Source of the DNA: Octopus vulgaris
Taxonomy: Eukaryota
Assembly (NCBI GenBank): GCA_951406725.2
Contig: OX597842.1
Coordinates: 19,592,001 to 19,656,000, forward strand
Length of the DNA: 64,000 nt
Direction: 5' to 3'
Shown here: in pieces, positions 1 to 10,490 of the stretch
Position numbering within the stretch: the stretch's first letter is position 1
Layout: each line of letters opens with the position of its first letter
The notes under the pieces: model-generated
Told to the model about the DNA's origin: nothing
Seen by the model: the letters and a program-made list of their open reading frames with translations, nothing else
Database searches by the model: none
Made by a program: the position numbers and the translations under genes

Positions 1-46
1 CCCATTGGGTGTGTATGTATATTGTTATATTATATTACAGATATAA

Positions 47-90
<44 letters not shown>

Positions 91-95
<5 letters not shown>

Positions 96-250
96 TGTGA
101 CCGACCAGGCTATCAGATGTTGCTAAACATCGCTGGTCACAATGCGCTTCGCATTGTTTTATCCTTCAAATAACACCCCCCCCCCCCCGCTGGCTAAGAA
201 GAAAGAGTGAGAGAAAGTTGTGGTGAAAGAGTACAGCAGGGATCGCCTCC
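91..250 (-). mobile_element. SINE 3' fragment (family also at 11990-12295 and 21220-21340)
   Basis: Shared gaccgaccaggctatcagatgttgctacacatcgctggtcacaatgcgc sequence. Confidence 0.75.
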
Positions 251-442
251 ACGCACACTGAAGAATGACATCAGTTTTTAGTGCATGTGCATTAGGGAAC
301 TTCCTTAGGCCTTTCCAGAAGGTTCCAGCCCCGCACACGCACACTGAAGAATGACATCAGTTTTTAGTGCATGTGCATTAGGGAACTTCCTTTGGCCTTT
401 CCAGAAGGTTCCAGCCCCGCACACGCACACTGAAGAATGACG
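251..442. repeat. 86-bp tandem repeat, ~2.2 copies
   Basis: acgcacactgaagaatgac starts at 251, 337, 423. Confidence 0.9.
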
Positions 443-669
443 TCACTACATGTTCTTGAGCAAAGCACTTTGTCTGCTGTTACTCTGCAATCACTTCAAC
501 AGCCAAGGTGAGGTGCACCACACACCTGTTCAGGTAATGTCGATTCAGTGGAGTGACCAAGCTTATGTACAGCGCATACAGTTGGTCACTATAAACAAAT
601 CATTTGTGCCGGTCGTGCACCAAGCACTGGACACTCACATGTCTTCTTCTGTCGGAGAGTCTATCATAC

Positions 670-874
670 AGGAGTGGCTGTGTGGTAAGAAGTTTGCTTA
701 CCAACCACACGGTTCCGGGTTCAGTCCCACTGCGTGGCACCTTGGGCAAGTGTCTTCTACTATAGCCTCGGGCCGACCAAAGCCTTGTGAGTGGATTTGG
801 TAGACGGAAACTGAAAGAAGCCTGTCGTATCTCATATTTAACTTTTAAATACTTTTTGATAGTTATATTTATAA

Positions 875-906
<32 letters not shown>

Positions 907-1119
907 TAAAAATAATAATAATATATATATATATATATATATAAATTTATAAGTATAAATTAATAATTTAAATAATTTTTTAAATTTTAACTTTAAATTT
1001 AAATTTTGAATTTTATATTTTATATATTTTGTATATTATATTAATTAATTTTATTGCTATGTATTGGTTTATGTTTTTCACTGTTTGATTTGCCTAATAG
1101 TGGTTTTATCTCTAATCTA

Positions 1120-1180
<61 letters not shown>

Positions 1181-1525
1181 TCTTTGTTTGTCCCCCCAAC
1201 ATCGCTTGACAACCGATGCTGGTGTGTTTACGTCCCCGTTACATAGCGGTTCAGCAAAAAGACACCGATAGAATAAGTACTAGGCTTACAAAGAATAAGT
1301 CCTAGGGTCGATTTGCTCAACTAAAAAAAGGTGGTGCTCCAGCATGGCTGCAGTCAAATGACTGAAACAAGTAAAAAGAGTAAACTTAGCGGTTCAGCAA
1401 AAGAGACCGATAGAATAAGTACTAGGCTTACAAAGGATAAGTCCTGGGGTTGATTTACTCGACTAAAGGCGGTGCTCCAGCATAGCCACGGTCAAATGAC
1501 TGAAACAAGTATAAGAGTAAAGAGT
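670..1525 (+). mobile_element. tRNA-headed SINE with internal AT/TA/TG microsatellite and a duplicated 3' module
   Basis: Head ggagtggctgtgtggtaag...gggttcagtccc; tail ggcggtgctccagcatggc...tgactgaaacaagtaaaagag present twice; same family at 10691-11140, 22200-22560, 25605-30195. Confidence 0.85.
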
Positions 1526-1739
1526 CAGAGTACACACATATATGCACACTCACATACACGCATCTGTGTTCGTTTGTATGTGTGTGATTTCGTCAATTCC
1601 CTTGCATTTGCTGGGTTTGTAATCAATGCTTTTCCCAGCGATGTCATTTGCTTGATGCCCACCACAAATGCATGTCGGGGCTTCTCGATGTGTTGCACAA
1701 TCTTAGTAAATAAAAGGCTCATTTATACAGCGTCATTTG

Positions 1740-2612
1740 TTAGCACGCCGGGCGAAATGCGTAGCCGTATTTCGTCTGTCGTTACGTTCCGAGTTCAAAT
1801 TCCGCCGAGGTCGACTTTGCCTTTCATCGTTTCGGGGTCGATAAATTAAATACCAGTTACATACTGGGGTCGATGTAATCGACTTAATCCGTTTGTCTGT
1901 CCTTGTTTGTCCCCTCTGTGTGTAGCCCCTTGCGGGTAGTAAAGAAATAGGTATTTCGTTTGCACTACGTTCTGAGTTCAAATTCCACCGAGGTCGACTT
2001 TGCCTTTCATCCTTCGGGGTCGATAAATTAAGTACCAGTTACACACTGGGGTCAATGTAATCGACTTAATCCCGTTGTCTGTCATTGTTTGTCCCCTGTG
2101 TGTTTAGCCCCTTGTGAGTAGTAAAGAAATAGATATTTCGTCTGCGCTACGTTCTGAGTTCAAACTCCGCCGAGGTCGACTTTGCCTTCTATCCTTTCGG
2201 GGTCGATAAATTAAGTACCAGTTACGTACTGGGGTCGATGTAATCGACTTAATCCCTTTGTCTGTCCTTGTTTGTGCCCTGTGTGTTTAGCCCCTTGTGG
2301 GTAGTAAAGAAACAGGTATTTCGTCTGCCGTACGTTCTGAGTTCAAATTCCGCCGAGGTCGACTTTGCCTTCCATCCTTTCGGGGGTCGATAAATTAAGT
2401 ACCAGTTACACACTGGGGTCAATGTAATCGACTTAATCCCGTTGTCTGTCATTGTTTGTCCCCTGTGTGTTTAGCCCCTTGTGGGTAGTAAAGAAATAGA
2501 TATTTCGTCTGCGCTACGTTCTGAGTTCAAATTCCGCCGAGGTCAACTTTGCCTTTCATCCTTTCGGGGGTCGATAAATTAAGTACCAGTTACGTACTGG
2601 GGTCGATAAATC
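1740..2612 (+). repeat. Tandem array of a second SINE family, ~183-bp unit x ~4.6
   Basis: tatttcgtctg...gagttcaaattccgccgaggtcgactttgcc...agtaaagaaatag repeats at ~1768, 1952, 2134, 2318, 2501. Confidence 0.9.
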
Positions 2613-2954
2613 GTTGTTCTATATTATGGACTTGTTTAGAAAGAGGGGTTTGGTGACAGGGAGAGCGTCCTCCTGTTGGAAACGTCAACTCAGATTCATT
2701 GAAGCATTGAAAAATAGGTGTTAAAATTATGATAAGCTTTTATTTGTTTCAGTCGTTGGAGCGTGGCCATGCTGGGGCACTGCCTTGAAGGCTTTTTTGT
2801 AGAATGAATTGACCCCTGTATTTATATGTTTTAAGTCTTCCTGGTACATATTCTATTGGTCAGTTTTGCTGAACCACTAAATTACAGGCACAAAAGACAC
2901 CAACACCGATTGTCAAGGGGTGGTGGGGGACAAACACACACACACACACACGCA

Positions 2955-3004
<50 letters not shown>

Positions 3005-3036
3005 CATACATATATATACATATATATATGTATATT

Positions 3037-3069
<33 letters not shown>

Positions 3070-3092
3070 GTATATATGTATATATATATATA

Positions 3093-3256
3093 CCGGAGTA
3101 AACACATAAATGTGAAACAAGGTGGAAAAAAGAGTACTCAAATACCAGGGGTAGAGTAATATGCTTTATTTAAAAGCAGCAGAAAACTGTCTGACAAACG
3201 GGAACGTGAAATTCAGAGTAACAGGTTTTGTTGAATTTCTGCTGCTTTTAAATAAA

Positions 3257-3294
<38 letters not shown>

Positions 3295-3760
3295 TGTATA
3301 GAGGGCATTATTACACATAAATGCCACACGCTAAGAGGGACATAAGTCATTACTACCAAAATTTAACTAATCATACCTAATGCAGTTCCCGAAGCAACAC
3401 ATTTAAAAAACTGAATTTAGTTCTATATCACCTGTGATTTCGCAATTAACGTACCAAATACGTCTTTTGTTCATCAGTAGGACAGATTCTGAACACATCA
3501 TAAATAAACAACCAACATACCTAGCAAAGCCAAACAGACATCTTCTCCCCTCGGCGAAGCACATGGAAATGTTTATTCATCATATATTCGGTAAATGGCG
3601 GGCTTTTTCGAACTGCATGTCGGTAGGAAAAGTTTTTCTTCGGAATAAATTTAACAATTAAGGATAAAATCTTAATAAGGAATCTTAACAAGAAATGAAC
3701 TACCTGATAATTTCTTGTTAAGATTCCTTATTAAGATTTTATCCTTAATTGTTAAATATA
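3093..3760. mobile_element. Penelope-like element terminal-repeat remnants with hammerhead motifs and inverted repeats
   Basis: Self-inverted segments, hammerhead motifs at 3187-3224 and 3420-3483, (TA)n flanks; related pieces at 11820-11957 and 51293-51510. Confidence 0.55.
3420..3483 (-). ncRNA. Type I hammerhead ribozyme motif
   Basis: Minus strand gtccta CTGATGA acaaaagacgta-tttgg-tacgttaattgc GAAA tcac-ag-gtga TA tagaac: core boxes and stems I-III present. Confidence 0.7.
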
Positions 3761-3945
3761 TATATATATATACATACAAACACGCGAAGGTTTCTTTCAG
3801 TTTCCATTTACTAAATCCACTCATAAGGTGTTGGTCAGCCTGTGACTATAGTAGAAGTCACTTTTCTCAAGGTTCCACAGAGTGGGACTGAACCCAGAGC
3901 CATGTGGTTGGGAAGCAAACTTCTCACCTGGTTTCTTTATTTCAG

Positions 3946-4194
3946 ATAATGGTACACTCAATGTAAGCGTTACTCTACTGATTGAAATACCAAACATAAA
4001 AAGACCGACCGTTTGGAAATTCAACAATTATAAATACGAATGTGATACGACATGCGCTAACAGCCCCGAATACAAAGTGACGCAGGATGGAGATATATCG
4101 ACTTTTTGGATCCGAAATGTAATTAAGGAACGATTGACTTGGAAATTTGAAGACGATAATTTGGAATCATCACAATTTGATTTGAAGATACACA
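3946..4194 (+). CDS. Exon: divergent Ig-like domain 1 of a single-pass membrane protein (5' end of gene not found)
   Basis: tttatttcag| acceptor and |gtaagg donor; 249 bp, phase 1-1, stop-free: DNGTLNVSVTLLIEI...TVWKF...YECDTTC...ISTFWIRNV...LTWKF...FDLKIH; paralogous to exon 7845-8093. Confidence 0.85.
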
Positions 4195-4236
4195 GTAAGG
4201 AAAATGATTTATAATATTAATAATCCTTTCTACTAA

Positions 4237-4832
4237 GGCAGCAAGATGGCAGAAACATTAGTACGCCGGGCAAAATGCTTAGCAGTATTTTGTCTGCCGT
4301 TACGTTCTGAGTTCAAAGTCTGCCGAGGTCGACTTTGCCTTTCATCCTCTTGAGGTCGATAAATTAAGTACCAGTTATGCACTGGGGTCGATATAATCGA
4401 CTTAATCCGTTTGTCTGTCCTTGTTTGTCCCCTGTGTGCTTAGCCCCTTGTGGGTAGTAAAGAAATAGGTATTTTGTCTGCCGCTACGTTCTGAGTTCAA
4501 ATTCCGCTGAGGTCGACTTTGCCTTTCATCCTTTCGGGGTCGATAAATAAGTACCAGTTACGCACTGGGGTCGATGTAATCAACTTAATCCGTTTGTCCG
4601 TCCTTGTTTGGCCTCTCTGTGTTTAGCCCCTTGTGGGCAGTAAAGAAATAGGTATTTATATTCTGAGTTCAAATTCCGCTGAGATCGACTTTGCCTTTCA
4701 TCATTTCGGGGTCAATTAAATAAGTACCAGTTACGCACTGGGGTCGATATAATCGACTTAATCCGTTTGTCTGTCCTTGTTTGTCCTCTCTGTGTGTAGC
4801 CCCTTGTGGGTAGTAAAGAAATAGGTATTTCA
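4237..4832 (+). repeat. Tandem trimer of the ~183-bp SINE unit
   Basis: Same unit as 1740-2612, preceded by head ggcagcaagatggcagaaacattagtacgccgg. Confidence 0.88.
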
Positions 4833-5359
4833 TCTATCTCTGTCACACACAGACAGAAAGAGAGAGAAATCAACAGAAAGAGTTGAGCTTTTAACAAATT
4901 TCCATAGGAAGTGGTTATCCGAAGTTTTAGACATTTTTTCTTCAGGGAACAAGACTAAAATAACGAGAAATACGGAAGAGATTAACATCCTATAAGTTAG
5001 AAAGAAAACTGATTGTTTTTATTTAATTTCACTCCTGTCAACTTCTTCCTGTACAAGGACTCTCTCCGAAAAGTTGGATTTTCCACTCACCATGGTCATT
5101 TCGCCAGACACTTTCCATTCATTACAAGTAGACAAGAGACGTCTTTCCAATGCAGACCATCACCAATGTCTTTGAATTCTGTGAAGGCATTCAACCACAT
5201 GTTCAATGCATTCACTCAAACTGCCGCTGTATATAATGTGTAATTCTATTTACAAATGATAATTATTATTATTTAATTATTCTAACATAAATTGCAATCA
5301 ATCTTGTTGATTAAATGTAAAATCTGAAAATGAAAAATTTTTGTTTTCTTCTTTTTCAG

Positions 5360-5398
5360 GTTTGGCAAGAAGAGAAAGTTACAATATTACTCAAAGTG
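5360..5398 (+). CDS. 39-bp linker micro-exon (SLARRESYNITQS) of the Ig-like gene
   Basis: Long polypyrimidine ttttcttctttttcag| acceptor, |gtaaat donor, phase 1-1, in frame between the two domain exons; contains NIT sequon. Confidence 0.65.
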
Positions 5399-5547
5399 GT
5401 AAATGGATCAACAAACCTTTTTCTCCTTTTAAACTAGAAATTGTCTTTTCAATTCCGTTTCTTTACTTAACTCAGTTTTTAGCCACTTTTTTTTTAAAAA
5501 ACTTTTTCCAACCAGATCAATTTCATTTAACATCACAAAAAAAAAAT

Positions 5548-5850
5548 TACAAGCATGGAAAAATGGACGTTAGAATGTTGTTGATGATGATGACGAAGAC
5601 GATTGATGATGCAATTGATGATGATTGATTGACGATGATTGATGATGATGATGATTGATGATTGATGATGATTGATGAATGATGATGATTGTTGATGATG
5701 ATGATGATTGATGATGATGACGATTGATGATGCAATTGATGATGATGGATTGACGATGATTGATGATTGATGATGATGATGATTGAGGATGAGGATGATT
5801 GAGGATGATTGAGGATGATGATGATTGATGCTGATGATTGATGGTGATTG
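5548..5850 (+). repeat. Retroposon tail followed by degenerate (GAT/GATT)n microsatellite
   Basis: caagcatggaaaaatggacgttagaatgttg then (gat)n; similar at 9709-10040. Confidence 0.85.
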
Positions 5851-6489
5851 AGTTGGATAATTATTAAGGATCCGACAGGCTGCAGGACTTTGACAAGGTC
5901 CAATGACTGAGGAGAGGGTGAGATAGCTGAAGGTAGAGAAAGGCTTCTATTTCTTTCTCTTAACTCCTAGTTTTTTGCCATTTTCTTTTGACTTTTTACC
6001 AATCGACTCAATTTTATTTAAGATCACAAAACTATAACCATCATCAAGTAATGGCCTCCTTCGATGCTGGCATCTGTTGGATAATTATTAAGGGTCCATC
6101 AGGCTGCAAGACTTTGTAGAAGCTCCAATGGTTGAGGATAGGGAGAGATAACTGAAGGCAGAGAAAGGATGTGACCAGTGAAGATAGTGCAGGAAAAGAA
6201 GAAGGGATAATGGAAATAAGGGATGGAGTTGTTCTGGCAGGATGGGAGGGAAATAAATGGCAATGGAAAGAAAATGGTGTGGAGTAATATGTGACGCTTC
6301 TGCTTCCAAATGAATGCAGCCCTTGATTAATGCCAGAGACAGATGAGTGATGGAGAACTGGGTGTTAAAGGGAAAGAGATGTGGGGAATGCTTGAGGAGG
6401 CAGAAGAATGGTTTACGAGCATAAACAGAATGTATTTAGGACATCATTTTTTGCTGTGATTGACAGCAAAAGATGATGTCTCAAGCATT

Positions 6490-7590
6490 GTGTTTTGTCA
6501 ATCATCCCAGTCTTTTGTCATCTCCTCCAACCGGCTCAGCATCTTGAGATCAGCCTTCACCACTTTGTCCCATGTCTTCCTGGGTCTCCCTCTTCAACAA
6601 GTTCTTTCCACTTAAAGCACCTTTTTAAACAGCTGATCCCATACATATGTCCCAACCAGTGCTGTCCCCTTTTCTGTACACTACCTCCGTTTCCTCTTTT
6701 GCCTAACTTTTCTTTTGATGCCTTTCTTTTGTATGTACACTGACATTGCACATCCAAAAGAACCAACTAACTTTATTCCTCTCTATTCTTTGTATGTTTT
6801 CTGCATTTAGGGCCCATCTCTCACTATAATGTAGCATTGCTGTTCATATACAAGCATTGTGGAGGCACATGGCCTAGTGGTTAGAGCAGCGGACTTGCAG
6901 TCGAGGGATCATGGGTTCGAATCTCGGACCGGGCAATGTGTGTGTTTATGAGTGAAACACCTAAACTCCACGCGGCTCCGGCAGAAGGTAATGGCGAACT
7001 TCTGCTGACTCTTTCGCCACAACTTTCTCTTACTCTTTCCTCCTGCATCTTGCAGCTCACCTGCGTCGGACTGGTGTCCCATCCAGATGGGGAACCTATA
7101 CGTCAAGGAAACTGGGAAACTGGCCCTTATGAGCCAGGCATGGCTCGAGAAGGATCAAACAAAAAAAGAAAAATATACAAGCATCATACAACGAGCCTTT
7201 CACTCTGAGAGAACTTTTGTTGCCCAATCTCCAAGCTTCCTCAGAGACCACCAAATCATGTCAAAAGCTTTCTCCAGGTCAACGAATACCAAGTGCAATG
7301 ATTTACTTTTAGCTAAAAACATCTCTTGCAGTTGTTTTACTAAGAAGATGACATCAATAGTCCTTCTTCCTGGCAGAAAACCAAACTGCATCTCATCTAG
7401 TTTAATTCTGTTTTTAATTAATTAGGCTTTAACTCTCTCTCTAACTTTCTTGACCTGGTCCACCAATTTGAAAGTATCTCCTTTACGCTTGTAACATCTG
7501 ACTACAATGCTGCTACATCAGTTGTTAATGTGACACTTTTCTGTACAACATGATTACATCTATGGTGACTTTGTTGTATCCTACTCTGCA
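6490..7590 (-). mobile_element. Decayed RTE-like LINE RT fragments, interrupted by a SINE
   Basis: MQFGFLPGRRTIDVIFLVKQLQEMFLAKSKSLHLVFVDLEKAFD (7200-7391); WLGH...PGRHGTKW C-terminal remnants. Confidence 0.8.
6859..7172 (+). mobile_element. tRNA-derived SINE with target-site duplication
   Basis: A box tggcctagtggtt, B box gggttcgaatct, A-rich tail; 12-bp TSD atatacaagcat at 6846-6857 and 7173-7184. Confidence 0.88.
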
Positions 7591-7844
7591 CAACCTTCGT
7601 AAACAAAAGGCTCGTTTATATGGTGTGATTTCTTTCCAGTCCACTAGGTAAAACATATCCAGGTTCTTTGTTGCTCAATAGATTGGGATATTAGGACCAG
7701 AAGAGTGTCCAGTTATGCACAAAGAAAACTCTGCTCCCAAACACGGAAATGTAGGTGTTAAAATGATGATGATGAAAAAAAGAAACCCTGGAATCTTTCA
7801 TATGGGAAACCAGTCACTAATGTTGATTTATCTTTTTACTTTAG

Positions 7845-8093
7845 AACCAGTTGCATTAGGACACAATGTTATACTTCATATTGAAGTAGCCGAGATGACA
7901 GGAATTGTTTTCTGGAAAAATGACAACGGTAGATATGAATGTAACCCGACTTGTTATAATTATGGTAACTATGAAGTTACACAAGTTGGTAGCATATCTA
8001 CTCTTTTGATCCGAAATGTCACCAAACAAGATTTGACTTGGCGTTTTTGTGACTTGTATCTCTGCTCTGGAAATTATACTTTAGTGAAAAAAG
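7845..8093 (+). CDS. Exon: divergent Ig-like domain 2
   Basis: tttactttag| and |gtaagg; 249 bp, phase 1-1: EPVALGHNVILHIEV...VFWKN...YECNPTC...ISTLLIRNVTKQDLTWRFCDLYLC...YTLVKK; same length and motifs as domain 1. Confidence 0.88.
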
Positions 8094-8127
8094 GTAAGGA
8101 AATAACTTTTGCTAAAAAAAAAAAAAA

Positions 8128-8168
<41 letters not shown>

Positions 8169-8179
8169 TAATAATAATA

Positions 8180-8517
8180 ATCATCATCATCATCTTCGTT
8201 TAACATCCGTTCTCCTTGCTTGCATGGGTTGGACGGTTCAACCGGGGATCTGGGAAGCCAGAAGGCTGCACCAGGCCCAGTCTGATCTGGCAGTGTTTTT
8301 ACAGCTGGATGCCCTTCCTAACGCCAACCACTCCGTGAGTGTAGTGGGTGCTTTTTACGAGCCACAGGTGCCAGGTGAGGCTGGCAACGGCCACGATTGG
8401 ATTGGTGCATTTTACGTGCCACCGGCACAGGTGCCAGGTGAGGCTGGCAACGGCCACGATCGGATTGGTGCATTTTACGTGCCACCGGCACGGAAGCCAG
8501 TCAAGGCTTCCGGCACG

Positions 8518-8520
<3 letters not shown>
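8180..8520 (-). mobile_element. RTE-tail-type SINE/LINE 3' end; other copies at 10281-10476(+), 12738-12885, 42733-42980, 52846-53280
   Basis: catcatc-gtttaac-tccg...gcatgggttggacggtt...gcccttcctaacgccaaccactc with internal tandem subrepeats. Confidence 0.8.
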
Positions 8521-8552
<32 letters not shown>

Positions 8553-8931
8553 GTTCTTTCTAACTTTGGTACAAGGTCATGAATTTCATGTGGAAGTGGT
8601 TCTTTGATTACATTAATTTGGGTATATTTAGCCGGTCCTTTATTTCATCAACCCCAAAGGGATGAAAGGCAAAGAGCTGACCTTTGCAGTATTTGAACCC
8701 AGGAGTGAAAGAGTCAGAAGAAATTCCACTGAACTTTTTTTTCTGGTGCAGCAACAATTCTCCCAGCTCACAACTATTGTTTGGAACATAAGGAAGGTTT
8801 TCTTTAAATCTCTTCAAAACTGAGGATTTGTACAATAGAAACAAAACCAATTTTAAGCAGGATGGTATGAAAAGGGTTAAACCTGGCTGATGTTACTATT
8901 TTTTTTAAATTAAAAACAAAAAGTATATGAT

Positions 8932-9120
8932 GTATATTTGCCATTTAAATATGGCTAACCCCTAAGGATGGATGCTACTGTAGTTTGTAGCCCCAGCAGG
9001 ACACCTTCTCCACCTGGCTATAGACACACTGGCTACAGCTGGAGGAGGTGTCCTCCTGGGGCTACAAACTACAGTAGCATCCACCCTTAGGGGTTTGCCA
9101 TATTTAAATGGCAAATATAC
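8932..9120. repeat. Long near-perfect inverted repeat (~80-bp arms)
   Basis: gtatatttgccatttaaatatggc...gccatatttaaatggcaaatatac; arms pair through ggatgctactgtagtttgtagcccc / ggggctacaaactacagtagcatcc. Confidence 0.92.
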
Positions 9121-9209
9121 GTCACGATGTGTTGCAGCTACTGTTTATAACTCGCTCTGAGATTTATTACTGCTTAAAAAGTATATGTTTTGCTGTTCAT
9201 CTTTTGCAG

Positions 9210-9533
9210 GTGAAAAAACAGAAACAACGACAACAAAAGATGCTGAAACAACGACAACAAAAGATGCTGAAACAACGACAACAAAAGATGCTGAAACAAT
9301 TTACTATTCATCTTTTGCAGGTGATAAAACAGAAACGACGACAACAAAAGATGCTGAAACAACCACAACAAAAGATGCTGAAACTAATGGATCAGAAAAC
9401 AGCTTACCAACCTATGCCATCGTCATCATTTGTATACTTGGATTTGTAGCCATCGTTATCATAGCCTTCGTTGTCATATTCAAATGCAAGGCATTCATTA
9501 AGGTCAAAACTTCTATCACCCAGTGCGTATCTG
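9210..9533 (+). CDS. Exon: Thr-rich stalk (ETTTTKDA repeats) + transmembrane helix + basic juxtamembrane segment
   Basis: cttttgcag| acceptor (second in-frame acceptor at 9321), |gtaaga donor, phase 1-1; TM LPTYAIVIICILGFVAIVIIAFVVIF followed by KCK. Confidence 0.85.
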
Positions 9534-10490
9534 GTAAGAAAGACTAGAACTGATATTGGCCAACCTTACTACTGACTTTCACTGATCCGGGTAGAATTGT
9601 TGGTTTTTGCATAAACTACCTCCATATTTTATGTAACATCATCATCATCATCGTTGGTTTGGCATCACCTTTTCCAAAACTCTGCTCCATCTTACACTTG
9701 CTTGTCCAATACAAGCATGGAAAAGTGGACGTTAGAATGTTGTCGTTGTTGATGATGACAATTGATGAGGATGATTGATGTTGATTGATGATGTTGATTG
9801 ATGAGGATGATGACGCGATTGATGATGATTGATGTTGATTGATGATGATTGATGTTAATTGATGAGGATGACGCGATTGATGATGAGTGATTGTGATTGA
9901 TGATGAGTGATGGTGATTGATGATGAGTGATGGTGATTGATGATGGGTGATGGTGATTGATGATGTTGATTGGTGATTGATGATGCTTGATGATGATTGA
10001 TATTGATTGATGATTGATGAGGATGATGCGATTGATGATGACTTCCACTGAAATGCTCTGCTTTTTTCAATCATTTTTGAAAATGGTGAAAAATTTCGTA
10101 AAATAGCTTTGCCATTATTAATCTGGTGTTTGGAACATAAATTAACATATTAGACATAAATTAACATAAATTAAACATAAATTAACATAGATTAAACATA
10201 AATTAACAGGAAATTCTGAATGGAAGGTTTTAATTTGGATCAGTTTAACCTGTTTGTTACCATAATTGTTGTCCTTTACAGGTGCCGGTGCCAAGTAAAA
10301 TGCATTTGAGCTGGTAGCACGTAAAAAGCATACAGCATATTCTATAGAGTGGCTGGTGCTAGGAAGGGCATCCGGTTGTTGGAACCATGCGACAACAGGC
10401 AATTGGAGTCGGGACAGTTCCACAGGTGACCAGATCCTGTCAAACCGTCCAACCCATGCCAGCATGGTAGACGAACTTTGAGCTATTATG

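Noticed and set aside
255-347. Box C/D snoRNA in the 86-bp repeat
   Set aside because: C box is non-consensus (ATGACAT) and no antisense element was recognised.
6859-6935. tRNA gene (also 12220-12295)
   Set aside because: tRNA-like head running into a SINE body; the 6859 copy also has an A-rich tail and TSD.
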